64,000 bases of DNA from positions 10,752-74,751 of the forward strand of contig JAKFFN010000055.1 of the NCBI GenBank assembly GCA_036675025.1, read 5' to 3'. Below are positions 49,637-58,706 of this stretch, piece after piece. This stretch comes from Candidatus Sumerlaeales bacterium (GTDB lineage Bacteria > Sumerlaeota > Sumerlaeia > Sumerlaeales > Sumerlaeaceae). The notes under the pieces are model-generated. The model did no database searches. It was not told the DNA's origin and saw nothing but the letters and a program-made list of their open reading frames with translations. Both the position numbers and the translations under genes were made by a program. Within the stretch, counting starts at the first letter, position 1. Every line of letters begins with the position of its first letter.

Positions 49637-50620
49637 CTACTGCGGCCAGCGTGGCATCAGGTCCGCGCTGGTAAACAGACCCGCAATACCCTGGCTGTTG
49701 AGCCAGAAGCCGGCATTCATGTATCCAAGGGCCGGGCCGTTCACATTCGCTGCCATGCTGGTTTCGTCGCCGAGGATAAACTGGTGAGTGGCTTTCTTAC
49801 CCTCAAATGTGGTACCTGTAATTTTCACATTCGTGCTCACTGGTTTCTTTGGGTTCCGTGTGTCCACCAGGCCGCCAACCTTCACCCTCGCCCGCTCAAG
49901 GATGCCCGCCTGCTCGAGCATGATATCGTCAGCGTGCTCCATGTTGACCAGCTCAAGCAGGCCATTGCGTTTCTCCAGCTCCTGCTCAATTTCCTGATCC
50001 GACATGGCCGAAACCTTGTTCACATCAAATCCGGCCAAATGAGCAATGTCTTCACGGATCGTTGCGCGATACGCATCCCAGTTGGGAATTCCCACACCAA
50101 ACCATATCGTCACATCTTCCACTTCCACAAACGACTGCGCAGCCAGCGCCGCCGCTGCCGTCAGCAGACCCGGCGTCGCGCCGCAACCTGTCACGTAAGT
50201 AATACCCGCTTTTGCCAGCACTTCGCGCCGTTCAAACACCATGTCCATGGCTGAAGTGCGCTTCAGCGCGTCCACAACTACGCCTTTGTAGCCACTGGCA
50301 ATAATCTTGTCGATGGTCTCAGGGATAAACTCGTTAGGCAGGTTCGGCAAAGCCAGGAAGATGCCATCGATCTCGGAGTGGCGCGCCAGCACTTCGGCGA
50401 TAGGATCGGCAGCGCGATTGCCGCTATGGAGATCACCAACGGTATGCCCCGGCGGCAGGTTCTCAAACACTGCTGACTCGATGCCATCAGTATCAAAAGC
50501 ATAACCTTCGGTGTCGCAGATTGCCACCAGTTTCAGGGATTTCTTAAAATCAAGAAGCCGAGCCATATTACGGCCAAGGCCGCCGGCACCCAAAACTGCT
50601 ACATGTTTCACTGCGCGCAT
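49637..50620 (-). CDS. saccharopine-dehydrogenase-like NAD(P)-binding oxidoreductase
   Basis: 'VAVLGAGGLGRNMA' Rossmann motif and 'GCGATPGL', characteristic of the Sacchrp_dh family. 327 aa. Confidence 0.5.
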   Translation of the reverse strand: MRAVKHVAVLGAGGLGRNMARLLDFKKSLKLVAICDTEGYAFDTDGIESAVFENLPPGHTVGDLHSGNRAADPIAEVLARHSEIDGIFLALPNLPNEFIPETIDKIIASGYKGVVVDALKRTSAMDMVFERREVLAKAGITYVTGCGATPGLLTAAAALAAQSFVEVEDVTIWFGVGIPNWDAYRATIREDIAHLAGFDVNKVSAMSDQEIEQELEKRNGLLELVNMEHADDIMLEQAGILERARVKVGGLVDTRNPKKPVSTNVKITGTTFEGKKATHQFILGDETSMAANVNGPALGYMNAGFWLNSQGIAGLFTSADLMPRWPQ

Positions 50621-50692
50621 AGTGTTACTTTCTCCGAGAGCATAATCTGAGTCTGAAAACGCGCCGGTACGGCGCCTGTTGCAAGGGAAAAT

Positions 50693-51133
50693 TCACGGCA
50701 GGTTTTCAATGTCTATTCGATCCTTTGCCCTGTTTGTCGAAAGCTTATTCTTTATAAGGTCATCTTTACCTATGAAACGAGCTGCGACACCCTCAATGTT
50801 CACCCGAATGACATTGGGAGCAGCTTCTTCAAAGCTTACGCCTGATATAGTGTTTAGAAGGTCAACTCGAACGGGCGGAACTCCAAACGTTACAAGATCG
50901 CCAGATTTAGACAGATCGGTTGCCTCAATTGCTTTTCGAGTAAATCCATGCTCTACCAATGCCGATGTTAGCTTCGTGACATTGTCTGCTGTTAACCTAT
51001 AGAAAATGTCTAAGTCTTTTGTGAAGCGAGGAAAACCGTGGACGCCTAATGCGTAGGCTCCAACAACCATGTAATCAACTCTGTGCTTTTCGAGTAACAG
51101 TAATAATTCTCTGAAGTCGACATGGGTAATCAT
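50693..51133 (-). CDS. minimal nucleotidyltransferase-fold protein (pol-beta superfamily)
   Basis: 'VVGAYALGVHGFPRFTKDLDIF' fits the hG[GS]-x9-13-Dh[DE]h pattern. AGGA lies 4 nt upstream of the ATG and an in-frame TAG lies two codons upstream. Confidence 0.65.
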   Translation of the reverse strand: MITHVDFRELLLLLEKHRVDYMVVGAYALGVHGFPRFTKDLDIFYRLTADNVTKLTSALVEHGFTRKAIEATDLSKSGDLVTFGVPPVRVDLLNTISGVSFEEAAPNVIRVNIEGVAARFIGKDDLIKNKLSTNRAKDRIDIENLP

Positions 51134-51263
51134 AAATTCCTAGTTTTCCAGCGTCGAGGCGAAGGTCTTCCATTAGAGCGAGTCGTTCTTGTGGAGACAT
51201 TTTCTTCCACATTTCCCGCTCTTCGCGTTCAAGATCTTCATGGGAGATGCGTTTAATTTCCAT
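51075..51263 (-). CDS. small helical partner protein of the NTase-fold gene
   Basis: 62 aa: 'EDLEREEREMWKKMSPQERLALMEDLR...RLQRIITV'. Its last 59 nt overlap the NTase gene in a different frame. Confidence 0.45.
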   Translation of the reverse strand: MEIKRISHEDLEREEREMWKKMSPQERLALMEDLRLDAGKLGIYDYPCRLQRIITVTRKAQS

Positions 51264-51336
51264 TAGTTGAGATACCTACATCGCAGAAATTGGTTCTTTG
51301 TCAATGGGAACAGAGAAATTACTCATCGTGGTAAAG

Positions 51337-51750
51337 CTACCCTGCCACCCGAGCCACCGGCGACCCTGGCTCTACCAGGCCTTCTTCCAGCAGAAGGAAC
51401 CTCACGGTATTTTCATCAACAGATACGACCTGGACCTTCGCGTCACCTATGCTGAACTTATCACCCAGGCTTAGCAATGCAAAGTTCATCTCCCGGAGAA
51501 CCAGGTTTTCACCCAGCAGGCCCGGTGCGACTTCCTGCCCAAGTTTATCTGACAGGTGGGTATAACTTTCTTCTGTTACGGCAACGAGTTCCAGCGGGTC
51601 AGCTCCGCCAAAAAGCTCTGCGTCCAGCCAGACTATCTCGCATACCCGGCTGCGGCCGGATTCACCGGAACCTGTCAGAATTGCGGCTACCCAGCCCACT
51701 GGCTCAGGTGCAGCGGAATCCTTAGTAGATGTAGTTTCGCCGGCGGGCAA
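51337..51750 (-). CDS. hypothetical small beta-barrel protein (weak MOSC/PK-barrel-like motif)
   Basis: 'GENLVLREM...LGDKFSIGDAKVQVV' is only a weak motif match. The start is uncertain; a GTG at 51699 would remove the overlap with the upstream gene. Confidence 0.35.
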   Translation of the reverse strand: MPAGETTSTKDSAAPEPVGWVAAILTGSGESGRSRVCEIVWLDAELFGGADPLELVAVTEESYTHLSDKLGQEVAPGLLGENLVLREMNFALLSLGDKFSIGDAKVQVVSVDENTVRFLLLEEGLVEPGSPVARVAG

Positions 51751-52003
51751 TTTCTTCTTTCTTCTGCATGAAGATAGCCTGCCACTCGGCGCTGCCCTGA
51801 GGGGGCTTGCGCTGCATCTTCTCGATCATGTCCACGACTTCCCGGTCAATCTCTTCCTCGACCTTCAGGTCCTCTAGGAGAACGCGGGCGATCTCTGACT
51901 CCAGGACGATGCGGCTGCCTGAGAACTTAATCATTTCCTTATCGACTAGTTCCTTGGCGATCTGGCCGGCGATGAACTGGATTCTATCTTCTGAAAGACG
52001 CAT
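51722..52003 (-). CDS. DUF507 family protein (copy 2)
   Basis: 93 aa: 'MRLSEDRIQFIAGQIAKELV...LEDLKVEEEIDREV'. Confidence 0.75.
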   Translation of the reverse strand: MRLSEDRIQFIAGQIAKELVDKEMIKFSGSRIVLESEIARVLLEDLKVEEEIDREVVDMIEKMQRKPPQGSAEWQAIFMQKKEEIARRRNYIY

Positions 52004-52017
52004 TTACACTAGTCCTG

Positions 52018-52299
52018 TCACAGTACGATTTTGCGCTGGCGGGCCAGCTCTCTTTTGGTGCGGTCGAGCAGGGTATTGTAGCTCATGTTCTGGCGGTCGA
52101 TAGCCATCTTATGCTGGCGAAGGATCTCTTCCGCTTCCTTCTCCAGGGCCATTTCGCGCTTCAGATCATCGGTAATCAGGCGCCGGACGGCTCCTTCGAT
52201 CTGCTCCTGCGATGTCAGGATTTCGGCTCGCTTATGGGCCTTCAGGGCGTTGGCCACCTTGGTGGCCAGTGAATCGATCTTCTCGGGTTTCAGTCGCAT
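52018..52299 (-). CDS. DUF507 family protein (copy 1)
   Basis: 93 aa: 'MRLKPEKIDSLATKVANAL...DDLKREMALEKEAEEIL'. Same length and layout as its neighbour. Confidence 0.75.
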   Translation of the reverse strand: MRLKPEKIDSLATKVANALKAHKRAEILTSQEQIEGAVRRLITDDLKREMALEKEAEEILRQHKMAIDRQNMSYNTLLDRTKRELARQRKIVL

Positions 52300-52312
52300 T
52301 AGGATCCTGGCG

Positions 52313-53059
52313 CTACTGGAATTGTTCGATCAGCTCATCGCTGATGTCAAAGTTTGCACTTACGTTCTGCACGTCATCGTGATCTTCAAGCCCATTCAGC
52401 AGCTTGAGGACCTGTTCCGCGTCTTTTCCTTCTACAGCCTTGGTCAGGTTAGGCACGTTGGCCACTTCAGAACTCTCAACTTTAAGCCCCGCCTGTTCCA
52501 GCGCCTCACGCACATCGTTCATGGCGGTCGGGCCGGTGGTTACCGTGTAGCCTTCTTCTTCTGCCTTTATGTCGTCAGCACCGGCTTCAAGCGCCACTTC
52601 CATCACCTTGTCTTCATCGGCACCTTCTTTTGAAACCAGGATCACGCCCTGCTTTTCAAACAGGTAGGAAACGCTGCCTACTGCGCCCAGGTTGCCGTTG
52701 TTCTTGCTGAAGAGGTGGCGAATCTCAGCTGCGGTGCGGTTGCGGTTGTCAGTGGTACATTCCACCATAACGGCGACACCGCCGGCTCCGTAGCCCTCGT
52801 AGACGATCTCTTCGTAGACCGCACCTTCGATTTCACCGGTGCCTTTCTTGATGGCATTTTCGATGTTTTTCCAGGGCATGTTCACGTCTTTGGCAGCCGC
52901 AATGGCAGTGCGCAGCCGCGGATTGCCCGACGGATCGCCGCCACCCATCCTGGCTGCAATGGTGAGTTCGCGGATTACGCGGGTAAAAATTTTGCCACGC
53001 TTGGCGTCAACCGCGGCTTTCTTATGTTTAATCGAGTGCCATTTGGAATGACCTGACAT
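52313..53059 (-). CDS. yebC: YebC/PmpR family DNA-binding transcriptional regulator
   Basis: '[26 protein letters not shown]' and '[14 protein letters not shown]'. Start set at MSGHSKW. Confidence 0.92.
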   Translation of the reverse strand: MSGHSKWHSIKHKKAAVDAKRGKIFTRVIRELTIAARMGGGDPSGNPRLRTAIAAAKDVNMPWKNIENAIKKGTGEIEGAVYEEIVYEGYGAGGVAVMVECTTDNRNRTAAEIRHLFSKNNGNLGAVGSVSYLFEKQGVILVSKEGADEDKVMEVALEAGADDIKAEEEGYTVTTGPTAMNDVREALEQAGLKVESSEVANVPNLTKAVEGKDAEQVLKLLNGLEDHDDVQNVSANFDISDELIEQFQ

Positions 53060-53510
53060 TCCCAGTACGTCCTGTTCAATCAGAGTAAGTGCGCGGGCAG
53101 CTTGACCCATCACCACTAGTACCACTAGATGAGATGGGCTTTAGGGATTCTGTCAAAGGTAGAATTTCGTCTGTAGGCCCAATTTACGGCATTCTATTTT
53201 TGACGGGTTCCTGCGTTGATATTACTGATGTTATAATGCAAATCTTGAAATCCTATTTATTTCGGCCTCCGGCATTGATAATGCAAGACTTGCGAAGATG
53301 TTTTTCGGAATTCCCAAAAAAATTTGCGGTTTGTTGACGTACATTGGTCGCATGTTCACTTTCTGTGTTTTTGTATCACTGTTTTAGCGGAGCTTAACAT
53401 GGCTGGCAATTCCCGCAGGGACCCTTACTGACCCTTACGGATGCTTAATTTCTGCGGGGCCCTGCATTCCGGCGTTGCAATTGGCCATGGAGAAAGGTTC
53501 ATTGCCCACC

Positions 53511-55304
53511 ATGCTGGAAGTCCTTCGAATTACGAACTACGCAATTATTGATGAGCTCGAGGTGGAGTTTAGCCGCGGCCTCACCGCTATTACCGGTGAG
53601 ACGGGTGCAGGTAAGTCGATTATCCTGGGGGCGTTTCGCATTCTGCTGGGAGGGCGGGCCACGAGCGAAGTGGTGCGGTCGGGTTGTCAGCGGGCGGGCA
53701 TTGAAGGTATTTTCCACCAGGTATCGGCAGACGCGGGAGCCTGGCTGAAACACAATGATTTTTACCCGGATGAGCCCGAGGAACAGGATACGCTGATCGT
53801 GCGTCGCGACATCCTGGCAAGTGGTTCGTCACGTAATTTTATCAATGGCCGCTCAGCCAATGTGACCCAGCTGAAGGAACTCGGAACCCTGCTGGTGGAT
53901 ATGCACGGGCAGAACGACCACACAAGGCTACACTCGCCAGTGACGCAGCTGCTGGTGCTGGACAGCTACGGGAGCTACGGCAAAGAACTGAAAGAGTACC
54001 AGTCGGCTTATGTGGAATGGAAATCTGCCCGGGATCGATTTGAGTCGCTTTCGACGGACCAGGGAGATGCCCAGCGGCGGAGGGATTTCCTGGAGTTCCA
54101 GGTGGACGAGATCACCAGGGCAGAGCCTAAACCGGGCGAGGACGAGGAGCTGGATCAGGAGCGCCGGCGGCTGGTAAATGCGGAGCGGCTGACGGAGATC
54201 TGCGGCAGTGTGTGTGACATCCTGTATGAAGGGGAGCGCAGCGAGAACCCGGCAGGTGCGCAGGTGGCAGCCGCCAGCAAGCTTCTCCAGGAGCTGGCAA
54301 CTCTTGATCCGGCACAGGAAAGCCTGGCGGCGGAGGCGGAATCGATCCGGTTTGCCCTGGAGGATTTGTCTGAGAAGGTGCGGGACTACATCGACTCGGT
54401 GGCCGGTGACCCGGAACGGCTGTCACAGGTGGATGACAGGCTGGAACTGCTGAAGAACCTGAAGCGAAAGTATGGCAGTACGCTGGAGGAAGTCATCGCG
54501 ACAGGGGAGAGGCTCGCGGCGGAACTGAACGACATTGTGAACCACGACGCGGCACTGGAGGAGGCGCAGTCTCGGCTGATGGCCGCCGAAAAAACAGCCG
54601 GAGCGGCCGCGGAAAAGCTAACGGCTGCAAGGCAGAAGGCGGCCCGCATATTTGAGAAACAGGTGCAGTCGGTCATGCGCGAACTGGAACTGCCGAAAGC
54701 CGTGCTGAAGATTGAACTTACCTCCGGCACGTCAGTGGAAACCGGTGCGGCAGCAGGCGTTGCGGAAGGCGCAGTGAAAGGTGCTTCAGAAGGCACAGTA
54801 AAAGACCTCTCAGCCAGGGCCGATGTCAGCAGGCGCAGCTTCTCACCGTCTGGCCAGGACACCATTGAGTTCATGGTGAGCCTGAACGCGGGCGAATCGC
54901 CGAAGCCGATGCGTAAAGTAGCGAGCGGCGGCGAGATCAGCCGGATCATGCTGTCGATTAAGAGCGTGCTGGCAGACCGCGATAACGTGCCGACGCTGGT
55001 GTTTGATGAAATTGACACGGGGATCAGCGGTCAGGCCGCGGCACGGGTTGGCGCGCAGCTGGAACAGTTGGCAGCGTCGCACCAGGTGATGTGTATCACC
55101 CACCTGCCGCAAGTGGCAGCGCGAGGGCATCTGCACCTGGTGGTGGAGAAGCAGACGGTGAAAGATCGCACAGTAACTGCAGTGCAGAAGGTAGAAGGCG
55201 AAGAGCGAACCCTGGCGCTGGCGCGGATGCTGAGCGGTCATGAGGTGGATGATACAACGCGCAAGTTCGCAGAGAAGCTGCTGGTGAAGTCCGAGGCGAA
55301 GTGA
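53511..55304 (+). CDS. recN: DNA repair protein RecN
   Basis: 'MLEVLRITNYAIIDELEVEF', Walker A 'GETGAGKS', signature 'ASGGEISR' and Walker B 'LVFDEIDTG'. Confidence 0.92.
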   Translation: MLEVLRITNYAIIDELEVEFSRGLTAITGETGAGKSIILGAFRILLGGRATSEVVRSGCQRAGIEGIFHQVSADAGAWLKHNDFYPDEPEEQDTLIVRRDILASGSSRNFINGRSANVTQLKELGTLLVDMHGQNDHTRLHSPVTQLLVLDSYGSYGKELKEYQSAYVEWKSARDRFESLSTDQGDAQRRRDFLEFQVDEITRAEPKPGEDEELDQERRRLVNAERLTEICGSVCDILYEGERSENPAGAQVAAASKLLQELATLDPAQESLAAEAESIRFALEDLSEKVRDYIDSVAGDPERLSQVDDRLELLKNLKRKYGSTLEEVIATGERLAAELNDIVNHDAALEEAQSRLMAAEKTAGAAAEKLTAARQKAARIFEKQVQSVMRELELPKAVLKIELTSGTSVETGAAAGVAEGAVKGASEGTVKDLSARADVSRRSFSPSGQDTIEFMVSLNAGESPKPMRKVASGGEISRIMLSIKSVLADRDNVPTLVFDEIDTGISGQAAARVGAQLEQLAASHQVMCITHLPQVAARGHLHLVVEKQTVKDRTVTAVQKVEGEERTLALARMLSGHEVDDTTRKFAEKLLVKSEAK

Positions 55305-55319
55305 TAGGGTGACGGGGAT

Positions 55320-55391
55320 GGGTCGGACGGGTCGGACGTGTCGGACGGATCGGACAGGTCGGGCAGGTCGGACAGGTCGGGCAGGTCGGAC
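55320..55391. repeat. 8 x 9-nt tandem array (consensus RGGTCGGAC)
   Basis: The units are gggtcggac, gggtcggac, gtgtcggac, ggatcggac, aggtcgggc, aggtcggac, aggtcgggc, aggtcggac. The array starts 16 nt after the recN stop. Confidence 0.95.
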
Positions 55392-55424
55392 GGGGGGAGA
55401 CTGGGTCTGACTGAAAAAAGCAGG

Positions 55425-55474
55425 AACACAAAACAGCACAAAGCGCTTCGCGCGGCACAAAAGGCACAAAAAAG
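55425..55474. repeat. GCACAAA(A)-type short repeats flanking a GCGCTTCGCGCG core
   Basis: The sequence reads aacacaaaa, cagcacaaa, [gcgcttcgcgcg], gcacaaaag, gcacaaaaaag. Confidence 0.7.
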
Positions 55475-55658
55475 ACGGCCAAGTCATTAACCTGGAACGT
55501 CGTTGGCGGCATTGAGCGGCTGCTTAAAAATAGGAATTCCGGGCGTGTGAAGCAGGGGTTTACTTTGATAAACTCTGTGATGAATTGCAGCAAAGCCAAA
55601 GATGTAGGTAGCTCGGCTAAGTAAAGCACCAGGTTCTTTCCCGGTGCTGAGGCAATGA

Positions 55659-55734
55659 GCGGGAGTAGCTCAGTTGGTAGAGCACTAGCCTTCCAAGCTT
55701 GTGGTCGCGAGTTCGAGTCTCGTCTCCCGCTCCA
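55659..55734 (+). tRNA. tRNA-Gly (anticodon UCC)
   Basis: GCGGGAG acceptor stem, D-arm GCTC-AGTTGGTA-GAGC, anticodon loop CTTCCAA, T-arm GCGAG-TTCGAGT-CTCGT, encoded CCA, then a T-run. There is one U-U mismatch in the anticodon stem. Confidence 0.88.
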
Positions 55735-55854
55735 TTTTTTCCTTTCATTCTGCCGATAACATTTAGGTTGACCAGCGCCCTTGATTGTCATCAGGTAAGG
55801 CTGATTAAATCACCATGGCCCCACGTGGGGCTAATGATCAGGGGAGACACTATC

Positions 55855-57159
55855 TTGAAGTCTGGAAAACTTTTCTTCGCGCTGCTTTGGCTGTGTATTT
55901 TTGCGACGAGCTTCGCTTCTGCCGATACGGATGTTGCGTTTAGTTACCAGGGCAGAGTTAAGGTTGAGGGACAGCCGTTTGGTGGCAGCGGCCAATTTAA
56001 GTTCGCTATCGTTTCTACGAGCGGAACAGAAACTCTCTGGTCAAATGACGGTACGGGCGCTAACGGTAACGAACCTGCCGGCAGCCTGGCTCTGCCTGTT
56101 GAGGATGGCATCTTTAACGTGATGATTGGTGATACCACGGCAGGTATGCAGCCAATCAGCCCCACTATTTTTGCTTCAAAGACGCCTGTAAAACTTCGCG
56201 TGTGGTTTAACGATGGCTCTCGCGGTTTTCAACAGTTGAACCCTGACCAGACCCTGGTAAACCTGGCCCTAACTACTATCGTAACTGGCGACGAAGACTT
56301 CACCGTTTACGTTAACGGGTCCACTGGCAACGATCGCAATAACGGCCTTAAGCCGGCGACCGCCAAGAAGACGATCCAGGCTGCCATTGATTCGCTGCCT
56401 GAGAGGCTCCGCTGTAACGTAACAGTAGAAATAGCCGACGGTGTTTACCGAGAGAGCGTTTCGATGGCTGGTTTTACTGCCATGCCGAAAAAGAAGCTGC
56501 GCATCATTGGAGATAATACCTGGACACCCTCTCAAGGTGGTTCCCCGGCAGTTATCTTAAATGGATACCTGGCCGGAGAAAGCGGAACCAGAAGCCTGAG
56601 CCACGGGATCTTTGCTGTTGGTTGCTCGAATGTAGAAATTGAGGGGCTAAAGGTGGTTGGTTACCAGGAAGACGGCATACTCACCGAGAACGGCACCTAT
56701 ACCTTAAAGAACTGCGTGATGAACTCGTGCGGTAGACAGGGTTATCTTGGACAAAAGAACTGCTACGCCGAGCTGGTGAATTGCTCTGCGGATTTGAACC
56801 TTCAGAGAGGTCTTTGCCTTTCCGACCTATCCAAAGCAACCCTCACCAGTTGCTCAGCGACACGGAATGGGGAAGTAGGATTAGCACTCTATAAAGAATG
56901 CGCAGTTGAGCTTTTCCAGGCTGGAACCTTTGATTCGAATGGTTCCAAACAGATCGAGTTGGGCGGCTGTAAGATTGCCGCGATGGATCCCATCCAGGTG
57001 AAAAACAGCCGGCCGAATGCGACCTGGGGTATTTTCAATAGCTACGATTCCATAACCTTCTCGTATGAGAAGTTCGTGTTTTCCGGGAACCTTTCGCCGC
57101 AGTTTCAGAACTACATTGGCGGTAAGGCCTTCTACGTTAATGGAAATCCGGCGCCGTAA
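55855..57159 (+). CDS. secreted right-handed beta-helix protein A (YQGR N-domain + DUF1565-like helix)
   Basis: TTG start with GGGGAG 8 nt upstream (alternative ATG at 55834). Signal 'KSGKLFFALLWLCIFATSFASA'. Motifs 'FSYQGRVKVEG...GQFKFAI' and 'FTVYVNGSTGNDRNNGLKPATAKKTIQAAID'. Confidence 0.7.
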   Translation: MKSGKLFFALLWLCIFATSFASADTDVAFSYQGRVKVEGQPFGGSGQFKFAIVSTSGTETLWSNDGTGANGNEPAGSLALPVEDGIFNVMIGDTTAGMQPISPTIFASKTPVKLRVWFNDGSRGFQQLNPDQTLVNLALTTIVTGDEDFTVYVNGSTGNDRNNGLKPATAKKTIQAAIDSLPERLRCNVTVEIADGVYRESVSMAGFTAMPKKKLRIIGDNTWTPSQGGSPAVILNGYLAGESGTRSLSHGIFAVGCSNVEIEGLKVVGYQEDGILTENGTYTLKNCVMNSCGRQGYLGQKNCYAELVNCSADLNLQRGLCLSDLSKATLTSCSATRNGEVGLALYKECAVELFQAGTFDSNGSKQIELGGCKIAAMDPIQVKNSRPNATWGIFNSYDSITFSYEKFVFSGNLSPQFQNYIGGKAFYVNGNPAP

Positions 57160-57350
57160 ACTAACTGATCAGTACGGTTCCAAGAGCGCCAGCAAGCGGG
57201 CGCACTCCCAGAAGGTGCGGCTTTGCGATGGGGGCGCTGCGCGAGTTGCGGGTATCGTTAAAGGTTCTGTGTACTACGTTCTGTTCGGCTTCGCGGAAGC
57301 CGCGGCCGCGATGTCCTTGAGCTGAACTGAAGGTGTCATCTTCACTGCTT

Positions 57351-58583
57351 CTATCCATAGAAAAAGTATCGGTAAACTTCAACGAACTGGATTGATGCCA
57401 TAGCACTAAAAAGCATGACTTTGACAAGGACTCGTGCGGTCGCTTCATTATGGGGAAATCTTGTACTCGCAATTTCTGACAGCCAGATTGTTCCCTGCCA
57501 GGCATAGTAAAATATTACTGGCCACATCATAAAGCATATCCTGGGCTGGATGAAATTTGACGCAAAAAACATAGCCGAAAAACTGCCGAAAAAGAGAATG
57601 ATATAGGGCCATTGGCCGATAACCGGTCGTTTGATCATTCCAAGTAAGGCAGCTAAAACAGGCAGAAAAAGAAACGCCTGAAAAGTGCCAATGACTTGTC
57701 TCAGAAAATTGCCGGATAGGCGGAAAACCTTTTCTTTGAAAGGTACCGAGAATAGTGTTTCTGCAAACCAGACAAGGAAGCCATGCCGTTCGGCGTATTT
57801 TGCCGGCTCAAAAATGTGAGCGACTTTTATGACGTAAAACAGCCAGCAGACGGTGGGAATAGTAGCCGCTGCAACAAATAAAATCGCAGCGCCCCATAGG
57901 CGTTTCATCATACAGATTCCCAAACCCAGCAGGATTAAGCAATAAACCTCTTTACCGAGGACGAGAATGCCAATTGCTAATCCTGTCAGGGCCCAACGTA
58001 CGAAACTTTGATTAGGCAGCCTTTGGGACGGCACTGATTTACTTTCACAGGCCCATACAATCAAGCAGATGGAGAGGATTACGCTAAAATAGGAAAGCAC
58101 CTCTGGCACCATTTGCGCCGTCCAAAAATTAAAGCCGTAGCTTAGTCCGGCAAGAATAGATGCTGCAAAGGCATTGCCCGCGCTCATGCCGAAATATCTG
58201 CTTAGGGAAAAAAACAACCAGAGACTACCAGCAGTTAACATCATATTCCAAACAAGCAAAACTTTAACGGACTGATCATTAATGGCTTGAGGAACATAAC
58301 CGGCAGGTTCTGAGAGTGTAAAATCTTCAGTTATACCTAATACCTGGGCCAGTTTTATCGGAGCAGGATATAGTGGTCGTGGCGCTCTCACAGGTACAGC
58401 CGATTTGGGCAGAAGAAGACCGGATTCCAACCACTGCATAAAGTCTGAGTTCTGGTAGCCGGTCTCTTTGTAAAAGTATTTAGCATAAGAGCCTTCTACC
58501 GGCTGATTGAACCGGAGCAAAAGAACGAAAATTGACAAGGCCAGGAAACAGCAAAGTGCTGCAATCCTCAGGGGGAGAGGCAT
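57351..58583 (-). CDS. polytopic membrane protein A, GT-C/PMT_2-like putative glycosyltransferase
   Basis: About 11-12 TM segments and a first periplasmic loop containing 'RAPRPLYPA'. It is a paralog of 59437..60705. The start could be 58583 (ATG) or 58622 (TTG). Confidence 0.55.
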   Translation of the reverse strand: MPLPLRIAALCCFLALSIFVLLLRFNQPVEGSYAKYFYKETGYQNSDFMQWLESGLLLPKSAVPVRAPRPLYPAPIKLAQVLGITEDFTLSEPAGYVPQAINDQSVKVLLVWNMMLTAGSLWLFFSLSRYFGMSAGNAFAASILAGLSYGFNFWTAQMVPEVLSYFSVILSICLIVWACESKSVPSQRLPNQSFVRWALTGLAIGILVLGKEVYCLILLGLGICMMKRLWGAAILFVAAATIPTVCWLFYVIKVAHIFEPAKYAERHGFLVWFAETLFSVPFKEKVFRLSGNFLRQVIGTFQAFLFLPVLAALLGMIKRPVIGQWPYIILFFGSFSAMFFASNFIQPRICFMMWPVIFYYAWQGTIWLSEIASTRFPHNEATARVLVKVMLFSAMASIQFVEVYRYFFYG

Positions 58584-58706
58584 GTCAGCTCCAATCACAT
58601 TAAAAATGACTGATTTCCCCAAATTTGGCTTATGCTGCTTAATGCGAAACCTCCATCGGCTTGCTTCACGTAAAACGGAATTTCTCTCAGGATAGATGCA
58701 GTGGGA

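Noticed and set aside
49550-50254. 234-aa plus-strand ORF
   Set aside because: It is antisense to the Rossmann-fold (SDH-like) gene. Its Arg/His-rich composition marks it as a shadow frame.
53126-53510. LexA/SOS box upstream of recN
   Set aside because: There is no CTGT-N8-ACAG, GAAC-N4-GTTC or TGTTC-N4-GAACA-type palindrome. The only candidate, ACAT-N7-ATGT at about 53343..53357, is too weak.
54386-55791. Three overlapping minus-strand ORFs (210, 214 and 231 aa), including 'PTCPTCPTCP' and 'RPARPVRPAR' peptides
   Set aside because: They are antisense to recN and run through the nonamer array and tRNA-Gly. The repetitive peptides are simply translations of the tandem DNA repeats.
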